DNA of 47,423 nucleotides from the IMG/VR virus record IMGVR_UViG_2648501802_000003, one strand, 5' to 3'. Of this stretch, positions 13,501 through 23,207 are shown piece after piece. The stretch's first letter is position 1; each line of letters begins with the position of its first letter. The DNA comes from a virus (lineage: Duplodnaviria > Heunggongvirae > Uroviricota > Caudoviricetes). The translations under genes and the position numbers were made by a program. The notes beneath the pieces are model-generated. The model saw only the letters and a list, made by a program, of their open reading frames with translations, had not been told where the DNA came from and searched no databases.

Positions 13501-14199
13501 TTACTGCGAAAGTTTGTTAATGGAAAGGAAGCCGCCAAAGTTGCCGACGTTATTGCGAAACTTACAGCCACTCAGGCATTTGCTGCATTTATCCTTCGTG
13601 ATATCGGACGTTGTCTGGTCATATTCATCCGCGACCGCCGGACCGTGATAACCGCACTCATCGCCGCGATAGGTCCAGGTGCAGGTGTTGGCCAGCATGA
13701 TACGTCCCGGAAAAACAGCGCCATCTGTTTCCGTCGGCGTGGACAGTACAAAGGAGGCACTCACCGCGCTCAGTTCGCTGCACTGCTCGATGCGCCAGCG
13801 GCTGATCACCTCCTGCTCCGGATCGGCGTCACTGTTTCCGTTAACGAAGTTCACCGCATCCAGAAAACGGGCGTAAACCTTACGCCGGACCACCGTTCCG
13901 CCGACCAGACTCTGCAGATCTTCCGCCATCCCGGTGACCATACCGTACAGGTTAGAAACCGTCAGCGTGGGGCGCGTACTGGTGCCTTTGCCATTCAGTT
14001 CAAAACCACTCCCCTGAATGGGATACGGCTGATACTGTCGCCCCTGCCAGGTGACCGGCTCACCTTTTTCGTTCAGCTCATTACAGAAAAAATAACGTTC
14101 TCCACCGACCTCTGTCAGGTCGATTTCCCAGAGCACCACGCTGGCCGACTGCTCCGCACGGGTGCATTCATTCAGTGTTTCCTGCCGGATATCCTGCAT
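13501..14199 (-). CDS. L: Minor tail protein L
   Basis: 232-aa ORF, length and position as lambda L. Confidence 0.85.
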   Translation of the reverse strand: MQDIRQETLNECTRAEQSASVVLWEIDLTEVGGERYFFCNELNEKGEPVTWQGRQYQPYPIQGSGFELNGKGTSTRPTLTVSNLYGMVTGMAEDLQSLVGGTVVRRKVYARFLDAVNFVNGNSDADPEQEVISRWRIEQCSELSAVSASFVLSTPTETDGAVFPGRIMLANTCTWTYRGDECGYHGPAVADEYDQTTSDITKDKCSKCLSGCKFRNNVGNFGGFLSINKLSQ

Positions 14200-14528
14200 C
14201 AGTTCACCACCTGTTCAAACTCTGCGCTGAACTCAACACGCAGCATACTGACCCGCGACGACCATTTTGCGCAGGTCACCTTTATCTGCCGCCACTCATA
14301 AGGCGGCGTCCACAGAAAGGCTTTCCAGCCCCCGTGCTCTTCCAGAAACGACTCCAGTACCGTGGCCTCCTCACGGGGGACAGAAAGCGTCACGCTGTAC
14401 GTTTTCAGGTTGGCATTCAGCCCGGCAGGCGCTCGCTGGGAATAGCCATCACCAAAGCGCACCTTTCTTACAGAAGGGGCCGAAGCCACATCCATACCGG
14501 GTTTCACTTTCCAGCGGAAGGTTTTCAT
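14199..14528 (-). CDS. M: Minor tail protein M
   Basis: 109-aa ORF, position and length as lambda M; start overlaps H stop. Confidence 0.85.
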   Translation of the reverse strand: MKTFRWKVKPGMDVASAPSVRKVRFGDGYSQRAPAGLNANLKTYSVTLSVPREEATVLESFLEEHGGWKAFLWTPPYEWRQIKVTCAKWSSRVSMLRVEFSAEFEQVVN

Positions 14529-17086
14529 CGTCCACCTCCGGAGAACAGGCCACCATCACGCATCTGTGTCTGAATTTCATCACGGGCACCCTTGCGGGCC
14601 ATGTCATACACTGCCTTCATCATCTGTGGACCTGGCAGACCATTCGTACCGTCGTTCTGAATCACCACGTGATTGTTCTGATTAAAATTAATGCCTTCAG
14701 CCCGCCGCATCTGCGCCGGACTTCCGGCACCGCCCACATAACCACCTTCCGCATAGCCCCGCATCAGGCGGTACAGGTTGCCGACACCAATCCGGCTGGT
14801 TGCCTCCTTCGTGAAGACAAATTCACCACGGTGAACAATCCCCGCTGGCTCATATTTGCCGCCGGTTCCCGTAAATCCCCCGGTCGCAAAATGGAATTTC
14901 GCCGCAGCGGCCTGAATGGCTGTACCGCCTGACGCGGATGCTCCACCACTGGCAGCACCGCCAATGGCGCTGCCGATACTCCCGACAATCCCCACCATTG
15001 CCTGCTTAAGCAGAATTTCTGTCATCATGGACAGCACGGAACGGGTGAAGCTGCGCCAGTTCTGCTCACTGCCGGTCAGCATCGCCGCCATATTCTGTGC
15101 AATACCATCAAAGGTCTGCGTGGCTGCACTTTTAACCTGCGACATACTGTCCGTGGCGCTCTCTTCCCACTCACTCCAGCCGGACTTCAGGCCTGCCATC
15201 CAGTTCCCGCGAAGCTGGTCTTCAGCCGCCCAGGTCTTTTTCTGCTCTGACATGACGTTATTCAGCGCCAGCGGATTATCGCCATACTGTTCCTTCAGGC
15301 GCTGTTCCGTGGCTTCCCGTTCTGCCTGCCGGTCAGTCAGCCCCCGGCTTTTCGCATCAATGGCGGCCCGTTTTGCCCGTTGCTGCTGTGCGAATTTATC
15401 CGCCTGCTGCGCCAGCGCGTTCAGGCGCTCCTGATACGTAACCTTGTCGCCAAGTGCAGCCAGCTGGCGTTTGTACTCCAGCGTCTCATCTTTATGCGCC
15501 AGCAGGGATTTCTCCTGTGCAGACAGCTGGCGACGTTGCGCCGCCTCCTCCAGTACCGCGAACTGGCTCTCCGCCTTCCACAAATCCCGGCGCTGCTGGC
15601 TGATTTTCTCATTTGCTCCGGCATGCTTCTCCAGCGTCCGGAGTTCTGCCTGAAGCGTCAGCAGGGCAGCATGAGCACTGTCTTCCCGACGATCGCCCGC
15701 AGACACCTTCACGCCGGACTGTTTCGGCTTTTTCAGCGTCGCTTCATAATCCTTTTTCGCCGCCGCCATCAGCGTGTTGTAATCCGCCTGCAGGATTTTC
15801 CCGTCTTTCAGTGCCTTGTTCAGTTCTTCCTGACGGGCGGTATATTTCTCCAGCGGCGTCTGCAGCCGTTCGTAAGCCTTCTGCGCCTCTTCGGTATATT
15901 TCAGCCGTGACGCTTCGGTATCGCTCTGCTGCTGCGCATTTTTGTCCTGTTGACTCTGCTGCTCAGCCTTCTTTCGGGCGGCTTCAAGCGCAAGACGGGC
16001 CTTTTCACGATCATCCCAGTAACGCGCCCGCGCTTCATCGTTAACAAAATAATCATCCTTGCGCAGATTCCAGATATCGTCCGCTTTCTTAAACGCGGCC
16101 TCTGCCTTAATCAGCATCTCCTGCGCGGTATCAGGACGACCAATATCCAGCACCGCATCCCACATGGATTTGAATGCCCGTGCTGTCCTGTCTGCCCAGG
16201 TTTCCAGCGTGCCCATGTTCTCTTTCAGGCGTCGGGTCTGGTCATCAAACCCTTTCGTTGCGGCCTCGTTCGCCGCCTGCAATGCCCCGGCTTCATCGCC
16301 GGAACGCTGCAACTGAGCAACATACGCAATCTGCTCCGCCGTCACGTTATGGAACTGGCGCGCCATCGCCGTCAGCCCCGACGTCGGGTCAGTGGTCAGC
16401 TTCCCGAAGGCTTCAGCGACCTTGTCCACCTCCACGCCGGATGCAGAGGAGAAACGCGCCACACTCTGGCTGATGGACGCAATCTGAGCCTCACCGCTTA
16501 CCCCCGCCTTAACCAGTGCGCTGAGTGACTCGCTGGTCTGGTTAAACGTCAGCCCTGCCGCCTGCCCGGCTCTGGACAGGACCAGCATACGATCTGCCGT
16601 CAGTCCCGCCTGATTGCCGGAAAGGACCAGCGTTTTGTTGAAATCGGACAGGGTTGAGTTGCCCTGATACCAGGCATACGCCAGCGCTCCGGTCGCCACC
16701 GCCAGCGAGGTAGCCCCCACCATCGGCAGGGTGATCGCACCGGCAAGCCCCCGGAACATGGGGATCATCCCGCCGAAGGAGTCCTTCACCTGACCCCCCT
16801 GTTGCAGCAGGATCAGCCACGGACTTTGCCCGCCTGCAAGCTGCGTGGCCACGTCAGTGAACTGCGCAGGCAGCATACGCATGGCGGCTTTATACTGCCC
16901 GACGGAAATTCCCGCTTTCTGTGCAGCCAGCGCCTGCCGGTTCATCGACTGTTCAACGACTGCCGCTGTTTTTTTCGCATCACTTTCCGTACCGGAAAAA
17001 TGACGCCTGACTCTGGCCATCTGCTCGTCAAATCTGGCCGCATCCAGACTCAAATCAACGACCAGATCGCCTACCGGTTCAGCCAT
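14525..17086 (-). CDS. H: Tail tape measure protein H
   Basis: 853-aa ORF (same length as lambda H), coiled-coil-rich, Gly-rich C-terminal region. Confidence 0.9.
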   Translation of the reverse strand: MAEPVGDLVVDLSLDAARFDEQMARVRRHFSGTESDAKKTAAVVEQSMNRQALAAQKAGISVGQYKAAMRMLPAQFTDVATQLAGGQSPWLILLQQGGQVKDSFGGMIPMFRGLAGAITLPMVGATSLAVATGALAYAWYQGNSTLSDFNKTLVLSGNQAGLTADRMLVLSRAGQAAGLTFNQTSESLSALVKAGVSGEAQIASISQSVARFSSASGVEVDKVAEAFGKLTTDPTSGLTAMARQFHNVTAEQIAYVAQLQRSGDEAGALQAANEAATKGFDDQTRRLKENMGTLETWADRTARAFKSMWDAVLDIGRPDTAQEMLIKAEAAFKKADDIWNLRKDDYFVNDEARARYWDDREKARLALEAARKKAEQQSQQDKNAQQQSDTEASRLKYTEEAQKAYERLQTPLEKYTARQEELNKALKDGKILQADYNTLMAAAKKDYEATLKKPKQSGVKVSAGDRREDSAHAALLTLQAELRTLEKHAGANEKISQQRRDLWKAESQFAVLEEAAQRRQLSAQEKSLLAHKDETLEYKRQLAALGDKVTYQERLNALAQQADKFAQQQRAKRAAIDAKSRGLTDRQAEREATEQRLKEQYGDNPLALNNVMSEQKKTWAAEDQLRGNWMAGLKSGWSEWEESATDSMSQVKSAATQTFDGIAQNMAAMLTGSEQNWRSFTRSVLSMMTEILLKQAMVGIVGSIGSAIGGAASGGASASGGTAIQAAAAKFHFATGGFTGTGGKYEPAGIVHRGEFVFTKEATSRIGVGNLYRLMRGYAEGGYVGGAGSPAQMRRAEGINFNQNNHVVIQNDGTNGLPGPQMMKAVYDMARKGARDEIQTQMRDGGLFSGGGR

Positions 17087-17917
17087 ACCGGACTCCTCCT
17101 GCGATCCCTTCTGATACTGTCATCAGCATTACGTCATCCTCCGTCATGTCCGCCACATCCGGGGAAGCGGGGATAACTTCATTCCCGTCCGGACCAAAGC
17201 GGACGCCTCCGGCAAGCCCTGCCGCTTTCTGCATCAGCACATCATCTTCAGGCTCTTCGTCAGCCTCGCGCCGGTTCAGCAGACTGAAATCCAGCGGATG
17301 CATATCCGGATCGCTGAAAAACAGGCTGAGTACGGTGTACGTCAGCCCGGAAAAGTGCATATCCAGCAGAACATCATGAAAATAATGGGTACTGTAAAAG
17401 CGGTGCCAGTCGGCATACTCCGTGGATGACATCCCGGCAAGCATGGCGCGCCAGTCGGGTCGCCCCATCTCACGCGCCAGTTTCAGGGCAAAACTCAGCT
17501 CACCGTCGAACACTTTCCCGCAGAAACAGGCTCTGCTGGCCCGGCGTCATCTGCCTGTTCAGGTGCATCATTCACCACAAACTCAGACATACCGGACAGA
17601 CGCATTACCACATTTTCAGCCTGAGCAATTGCCTCTGTGGGCCAGGTGGTAAGCACTTCCTGCTCAATTTGTTTAACGGCTTCATTCATGGACGGCATCT
17701 TTGTCTTCTGCGGATGGCTATGCCACAGGGACATCGCCACCAGAAAAGCACCGGTTCTGACGAGATCTTCCACGCTCACCTGTCGATTGAGACTGGATCC
17801 CGCCTGTTCTGCCTGTCGTTTCAGCAGGGCGAGATGCTCAATTCGCTGCAGGGCTGACAGTTCAGAAAGCGTGACGCTCACACCGTTATATTCAAATGAT
17901 TCGGTTTTCAGGAACAT
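17079..17917 (-). CDS. G-T: Tail assembly chaperone G-T fusion made by programmed -1 ribosomal frameshift
   Basis: G frame (17495..17917) and T frame (17079..17513) overlap; slippery heptamer GGGAAAG present on the coding strand at 17513-17519, as in lambda. Confidence 0.7.
17495..17917 (-). CDS. G: Tail assembly chaperone G
   Basis: 140-aa ORF MFLKTESFEYNGVSVTLSELSALQRIEHLAL... matching recalled lambda G. Confidence 0.85.
   Translation of the reverse strand: MFLKTESFEYNGVSVTLSELSALQRIEHLALLKRQAEQAGSSLNRQVSVEDLVRTGAFLVAMSLWHSHPQKTKMPSMNEAVKQIEQEVLTTWPTEAIAQAENVVMRLSGMSEFVVNDAPEQADDAGPAEPVSAGKCSTVS
17513..17519 (-). promoter_or_regulatory. G-T -1 frameshift slippery site (GGGAAAG)
   Basis: Plus strand CTTTCCC at 17513-17519; in G frame read as G GGA AAG, 7 codons before the G stop. 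Confidence 0.7.
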
Positions 17918-17932
17918 CGCTGACTCTCCGGA

Positions 17933-18673
17933 TTAACTGTCGGTGACGGTGATTTCTGCAACCACAGCAAGTTCACCATTACCGGATACAACCGGAATGT
18001 TGACCTTGCCTGCAGCAACACCTTTCACGGTGATGGTCATACCACTGACCGACACGGTGGCTTTTGTTTTATCCGCAGACACCGCACGGAAGCTCTTGTC
18101 GGTTGCGCCTTCCGGCTGGAATGCCACGGTCAGCGTGGTGCTCTGCCCTTTCACCACCGAAGTGCTGGCAGGCGTCACGGTCATGCCGGTTGCCGCTGTT
18201 ACCGTGCTGCGATCTTCTGCCATCGACGGACGTCCCACGTTGGTGACTTTCACCGTGCGGGTGATCACTTCCTTCGCCGTCACCGCCTTACCGATACTGC
18301 TGACCCAGCCGCGGAACACATCGACCGTGCCGTTCGGGAAGCGGATTTTATAGGCACGGGTATCCCCTTCATTAAACCACGCCAGCAGCGCCTGCTGCCC
18401 CTGCTCTCCGGGCATCCACGCCAGCGTGAAGCTGGTATCTCCGGCAGATTTCTGCCCCTGCCCGGTCGCAGTCCAGTCCGCATCTTCATCATCGAGATAG
18501 CTGTCGTCATAGGACTCAGCGGTCAGTTCGCCGGGCGTCAGGTCTTTAACTTTAGCCAGACGCGACCAGTCAACGTCTGAAAGCGGGTTCGCATAAGGGT
18601 CACCGTTCCCCTTATAAACCCACAGTGTGGTCCCGGCCCCTTTCACCGGCATTACTGGATTTGGTACAGACAT
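17933..18673 (-). CDS. V: Major tail protein V
   Basis: Track ORF 17933..18703; likely start at internal ATG 18673 ([22 protein letters not shown]...) by comparison with recalled lambda V. Confidence 0.9.
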   Translation of the reverse strand: MSVPNPVMPVKGAGTTLWVYKGNGDPYANPLSDVDWSRLAKVKDLTPGELTAESYDDSYLDDEDADWTATGQGQKSAGDTSFTLAWMPGEQGQQALLAWFNEGDTRAYKIRFPNGTVDVFRGWVSSIGKAVTAKEVITRTVKVTNVGRPSMAEDRSTVTAATGMTVTPASTSVVKGQSTTLTVAFQPEGATDKSFRAVSADKTKATVSVSGMTITVKGVAAGKVNIPVVSGNGELAVVAEITVTDS

Positions 18674-18680
18674 ATCGTCC

Positions 18681-19076
18681 TCACATTTCATAGGTAATGA
18701 CATAAGTCAGATCGGCTGAACTCCACAGGCCCGCATCATCGTCGCGCCGGTAGTCATAGCCACTGGCCACCATACTGGTGATCAAATCTGACAGTGCCGG
18801 GACATCGCTCATCACCGGATAAATCCGGGACTCCATCCACGAATCCAGCTCTGAATCCGGCACCTGAGCAGGCAGGAAAACTTCAATATGCAGCTCCGCC
18901 TGCCAGGTATCACTGTCCAGCTCTTCGCCCGTGTATTCAGCGCCGGTGAGATAAACGGCAATTGCCGGAAAATCCGCCTCATCAAAAACAGCGGGGCGAC
19001 CATCAAAAAGCGTCGCCCCGGTGTCATGCTTCTCCAGTGCATCCAGTACGGCTGCACGGAGTTCAGTATGTTTCAT
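18681..19076 (-). CDS. U: Tail terminator protein U
   Basis: 131-aa [25 protein letters not shown]... as lambda U. Confidence 0.85.
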   Translation of the reverse strand: MKHTELRAAVLDALEKHDTGATLFDGRPAVFDEADFPAIAVYLTGAEYTGEELDSDTWQAELHIEVFLPAQVPDSELDSWMESRIYPVMSDVPALSDLITSMVASGYDYRRDDDAGLWSSADLTYVITYEM

Positions 19077-19651
19077 CGCTTTATTACCATTCTCAGTTGA
19101 TGCTGCAGCGCATAGCCCAGCTCTTTCGGAAGACGTTCACGCCGTATCCGTTCAATATTCTGTTTAAACGCCGTGGTCAGCGGCACCGCCATCGGGATTT
19201 TCACCACATCAATGGGGTAACGGTTTTTCCCGGCCACACGCTGCATGACATGCCACCGGCCATTTTTCAGTTGCTGAATAAACGCGCCGGGAATACGACG
19301 GTTTCCCACCACAAGCACGCTGCCGCCACCTTTCAGGGATGAACGCTGCCCCTTTTTACGACGTCTGCGGCGGGAAAGGACAACCCGCGCGTTACCCAGC
19401 TTGATTACGGGCAAATCCCCCCGGTTAACCCTGATTCTGGCCTGCGGATTTTTGACCGTGGCCCTTTTCAGCCTGGCCCTTTCCTTTACCAGTTTCCGGC
19501 GTACCTTTGTCTCACGGGCAACCTGTGACGCAGACTGCGATATCGCGGATGACGCAACGCGGTTAATGGCCATTGCGGCGGCACCAGGCACCGCCGTTTT
19601 GCTGATACGGCTGAGGTTTTCAACGGCCTGCTCAAGACCTTTTATGGCCAT
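19073..19651 (-). CDS. Z: Tail completion protein Z
   Basis: 192-aa ORF, lambda order and length. Confidence 0.85.
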   Translation of the reverse strand: MAIKGLEQAVENLSRISKTAVPGAAAMAINRVASSAISQSASQVARETKVRRKLVKERARLKRATVKNPQARIRVNRGDLPVIKLGNARVVLSRRRRRKKGQRSSLKGGGSVLVVGNRRIPGAFIQQLKNGRWHVMQRVAGKNRYPIDVVKIPMAVPLTTAFKQNIERIRRERLPKELGYALQHQLRMVIKR

Positions 19652-19662
19652 ACATCCCCCTT

Positions 19663-20016
19663 TCAGCGGCGACGGTTAACGGCAGGCGGCACGCCACGCC
19701 CAAGCCAGAGATGACAGCTTCCGCCATCATCCGGCGAAATCCGGTCCACCCAGAAGTTTTCCTCGCCGATGGTCAGTGTGTCTCCACGCCGCAGCTGCCG
19801 CACATCATCAGTCCGGACAAACAGGGACGGGCTGGAGCCTTCAACGCGCACCCCCTGTCCGGCATAGCTGATATTTTCAGGGTCATCAAAAACACCACGT
19901 ATCACAGCACCGGACAGCTCACCGGATGTCATGGTGGCTGACGTTCCCATGTACCCGCGTATCGTTTCATCGGCGCGGGCAATGGCAGCATCGAACAGGT
20001 TATCGGAATCAGCCAC
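19663..20016 (-). CDS. FII: Head-tail joining protein FII
   Basis: 117-aa ORF, lambda order and length. Confidence 0.85.
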   Translation of the reverse strand: MADSDNLFDAAIARADETIRGYMGTSATMTSGELSGAVIRGVFDDPENISYAGQGVRVEGSSPSLFVRTDDVRQLRRGDTLTIGEENFWVDRISPDDGGSCHLWLGRGVPPAVNRRR

Positions 20017-20027
20017 AGCGCCTCCCG

Positions 20028-20423
20028 TTATTGCATTCTGGCCAGGCCATGTTCTGTCATTTCGGCTGCCACACCGGCAGAGACACGAAACGCCGTTCCC
20101 GGCAGCACAAATGCCACAGGCTCATCCCGCGTGGCGTGAAGTGCATCAGTATGCAGCGTCACCAGTGCCACGACCGTGACCAGAGCAGCCGTATCAGTCA
20201 CGGTATCCGGCTGCGCTGATACCACCTCATTTTCATGTCCGGTCAGCGCATTTTCCGGGCTGACAGATGTGTCCTGACCGGCAGCGTCATCCGTGTCATC
20301 AAGCTCCTCTTCCAGCTCTGCCACACGGAGCACCAGTTCTTCTTTCGTCCCCGTCAGGCTGACATCACGGTTCAGTTGCTCACCCAGCACCTGAAGACGG
20401 GCAATCAGTTCATCTTTCGTCAT
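20028..20423 (-). CDS. FI: DNA packaging protein FI
   Basis: Track ORF 20028..20462; probable start at ATG 20423 (MTKDELIARL...) matching recalled lambda FI. Confidence 0.8.
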   Translation of the reverse strand: MTKDELIARLQVLGEQLNRDVSLTGTKEELVLRVAELEEELDDTDDAAGQDTSVSPENALTGHENEVVSAQPDTVTDTAALVTVVALVTLHTDALHATRDEPVAFVLPGTAFRVSAGVAAEMTEHGLARMQ

Positions 20424-20464
20424 GGACTCCTCCACAGAGAGAAAATGGCCCCGAAGGGCCATGA

Positions 20465-21490
20465 TTACGCCAGTTGTACGGACACGAACGCATCAGGATC
20501 AGCCAGCAGCATCAGCGGTGCTGACTGAATCATGGTGAACTCACGCGCCGGATCGCCGGTGGTCACCCAGTTTTTCGGGTAGCGGGCAGAGGCGTTAATA
20601 CCTTCGCGCTGTGCGTCCGCATCCTGAATGCAGCCATAGGTGCGCAGACCGCGTGCCTGAGTGTTCCCCAGCACCATCGTGTTGTCCGGCAGGAAGTTCT
20701 TTTTGACGTCGTTTTCCACGTACTGTCCGGAATACACGACGATCGCCGTATCGCCATACATCCCCTTATAGGACACCGCTTCGCCCAGGTCTTTTACCGC
20801 TGTCTCCAGCTCGGAATGAGAGCCGCGACGGGTATCCAGCTTCTCCTTGACGGCTTTGAAGGAACGGAACAGCGCCCAGCCTTTCGGATCAAACACGATG
20901 ATATTCACCACGCCGCTGGCGTTCAGCGCATAGGCTTCGATATCGTCGGTCGGGTCATACGTGGACTTGTCACGCTTGCTCCACTCCGTACCACCGGACT
21001 GTGTGATGTTGTTCGCCGCACTGCGGCCCATATCCACCTCAACCGGATCGAAGGCTTCACCGGTCATGGTGTATTTGCCCTTAAGCACAGCAGAAACTGC
21101 CTGCATCTCTTCGACCTGAGCAATGGCCAGCTCTTCGTCTCGCATGTTCTGCATGATGATGCGACGGCGGCGGTAAGCCGGGTCCGCCAGATTCTGCGGA
21201 TCTTCATCCGGCAGGCGACGCAGGGTCATCTGCGGATTCACCTCATGCTTGGGTTTGACATATCCCGGCGTAAATTCAGAGGTGGAGCCGCCACGGGAAC
21301 GGATAACCTCACCGGAAACAATCGGCGAAACGTACAGCGCCATGTTTACCAGTCCCGGAATTTGTGAGAGATAGACTTTCTCCGTGGTGAAGGGATAGCT
21401 CTCACGGAAAAAGAGACGCAGAAACAGCGGATCAAACTTAAATTTCTGCTCATTTGCCGCCAGCAGCTGGGCGGTTGTGTACATCGACAT
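20465..21490 (-). CDS. E: Major capsid protein E
   Basis: Track ORF 20465..21517; start at ATG 21490 (MSMYTTAQLLAANEQKFKFDPLFLRLFF...) matching recalled lambda E. Confidence 0.9.
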   Translation of the reverse strand: MSMYTTAQLLAANEQKFKFDPLFLRLFFRESYPFTTEKVYLSQIPGLVNMALYVSPIVSGEVIRSRGGSTSEFTPGYVKPKHEVNPQMTLRRLPDEDPQNLADPAYRRRRIIMQNMRDEELAIAQVEEMQAVSAVLKGKYTMTGEAFDPVEVDMGRSAANNITQSGGTEWSKRDKSTYDPTDDIEAYALNASGVVNIIVFDPKGWALFRSFKAVKEKLDTRRGSHSELETAVKDLGEAVSYKGMYGDTAIVVYSGQYVENDVKKNFLPDNTMVLGNTQARGLRTYGCIQDADAQREGINASARYPKNWVTTGDPAREFTMIQSAPLMLLADPDAFVSVQLA

Positions 21491-21545
21491 AAAAAAATCC
21501 CGTAAAAAAAGCCGCACAGGCGGCCTTTAGTGATGAAGGGTAAGG

Positions 21546-21878
21546 TTAAACGATGCTGATTGCCGTTCCGGCAAACGCGGTCCGTTTTTTCGTCTCGTCG
21601 CTGGCAGCCTCCGGCCAGAGCACATCCTCATAACGGAACGTGCCGGACTTGTAGAACGTCAGCGTGGTGCTGGTCTGGTCAGCATCAACCGCCAGAATGC
21701 CAACGGCAGTACCGTCGGTGGTGCCATCCCACGCAACCAGCTTACGGGTGGAGGTGTCCAGCATCAGCGGGGTCATTGCAGGCGCTTTCGCACTCAATCC
21801 GCCGGGCGCGGTTGCCGTATGTGCCGGGTCACTGTTGCCCAGCGGCTGGTAATGGGTAAAGGTTTCTTTGCTCGTCAT
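21546..21878 (-). CDS. D: Capsid decoration protein D
   Basis: Track ORF 21546..21884; start at ATG 21878 ([43 protein letters not shown]...). Confidence 0.9.
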   Translation of the reverse strand: MTSKETFTHYQPLGNSDPAHTATAPGGLSAKAPAMTPLMLDTSTRKLVAWDGTTDGTAVGILAVDADQTSTTLTFYKSGTFRYEDVLWPEAASDETKKRTAFAGTAISIV

Positions 21879-21887
21879 AAACATCCC

Positions 21888-23207
21888 TTACACTGGTGTG
21901 TTCAGCAAATCGTTAACGGCATCAGATGCCGGGTTACCTGCAGCCAGTGGTGCCGGTGCCCCCTGCATCAGACGATCCAGCGCAGTGTCACTGCGCGCCT
22001 GTGCACTCTGTGGTGCAGCTGCCAGAATGCGGCGGGCCGTTTCCACGGTCATACCGGGGGTTTCGGCCAGCACACGTGCCTGTTCTTCGCGTCCGTGAGC
22101 TTCCTCACAGTTGAGGATCCCCATAATGCGGCTGTTTTCTGCCGCAACCGCAGCGGTGATCTGCGCGTTCACGTCCGGCTGCGCCGCGCTGGCGTTTTCG
22201 CCCTCCGTCGCTTGCACCACGTCAGTAACGTCAGCCTGCGAAGCAGTGGCTGAAACAGTTGTTGATTGAGTCTCTTTGGTCATTCGCCCTCCTGAGAGAC
22301 GGGATTTACGTGCATCCAGTGCATCACGCATAACGGTGATCGCATCGGTGCTGTTGACAAGTTCATCAGCCAGTCCGGCATCAATGGCCTCCTGACCGCT
22401 GTACACTGCAGCCTCGGTATCCAGCACAGCCTGCACGGACAGGCCGGTATATGCCGACACCTTCTGCGCAAACATCCGGCGGGTTGCATCCATCCGGGAC
22501 TGCAGTGTCTCCCGGACATCACCCGGTAGATGGCTGTAGGGGTTGCCATCCACCTTATGGCTGCCGCTGTAAATCAGCGTGATTTCCACGCCCTGTTTCT
22601 CCAGCGCAGCGCCGTAATTACTGTGAGCCATCATGACGCCGATGGAGCCTGTCCGGGCGGTCTGCGTGACCAGACGCCGGGAGGCGGCGCTGGCAAGCAG
22701 CTGACCTGCACTGCAGTTCATGTCGTTGGCCAGCGCCCATACCGGCTTTATGTCACGCACACGGGCGATGATGTCAGCACAGTCAAATGCTCCCGCCACC
22801 ATCCCGCCCGGTGTGTCCATATCGAGCAGAATGCCGTCCACCATCGGATCGCTGGCAGCCTGTTGCAGACGGGCGATAATGCCGTTGTAACCGGTCATTC
22901 CCGAATACGGCTGCAGCGCCCGCGTCCGGCTGACCAGCGTACCGGACACCGGCAGCACGGCGATGCCGTTCATGACCTGATAACTGCGGGCCTGTCGTGG
23001 TCCGTCATCATCACCGGATAACGCCAGCGCCGCGGGTGCCTCTCCGGCAGTCAGGCTGTCGCCGGATACTGCATCCGTCAGGCGACTGATCCCAAGCTGG
23101 CCTGCAAGCGCACAAAAGAAAACCCGCGCATAGGCGGGTTCAAGCATCAGCGGCTCATTAAAAGCCATGCTGGCAATATGCGGGAGATTACGCAGCTCTG
23201 CTGTCAC
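21888..23207 (-). CDS. C: Capsid assembly protease C (scaffold Nu3 expected in-frame within its 3' part)
   Basis: Track ORF 21888..23342 overlaps B; lambda-like N-terminus (M)TAELRNLPHIASMAFNEPLMLEPAYARVFF begins at GTG 23207. Confidence 0.75.
   Translation of the reverse strand: MTAELRNLPHIASMAFNEPLMLEPAYARVFFCALAGQLGISRLTDAVSGDSLTAGEAPAALALSGDDDGPRQARSYQVMNGIAVLPVSGTLVSRTRALQPYSGMTGYNGIIARLQQAASDPMVDGILLDMDTPGGMVAGAFDCADIIARVRDIKPVWALANDMNCSAGQLLASAASRRLVTQTARTGSIGVMMAHSNYGAALEKQGVEITLIYSGSHKVDGNPYSHLPGDVRETLQSRMDATRRMFAQKVSAYTGLSVQAVLDTEAAVYSGQEAIDAGLADELVNSTDAITVMRDALDARKSRLSGGRMTKETQSTTVSATASQADVTDVVQATEGENASAAQPDVNAQITAAVAAENSRIMGILNCEEAHGREEQARVLAETPGMTVETARRILAAAPQSAQARSDTALDRLMQGAPAPLAAGNPASDAVNDLLNTPV

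Noticed and set aside
14916-16528. Multiple plus-strand ORFs inside the tape-measure gene H region
   Set aside because: All antisense to an 853-aa ORF of lambda H length; Ser/Ala/Arg-rich artefacts.
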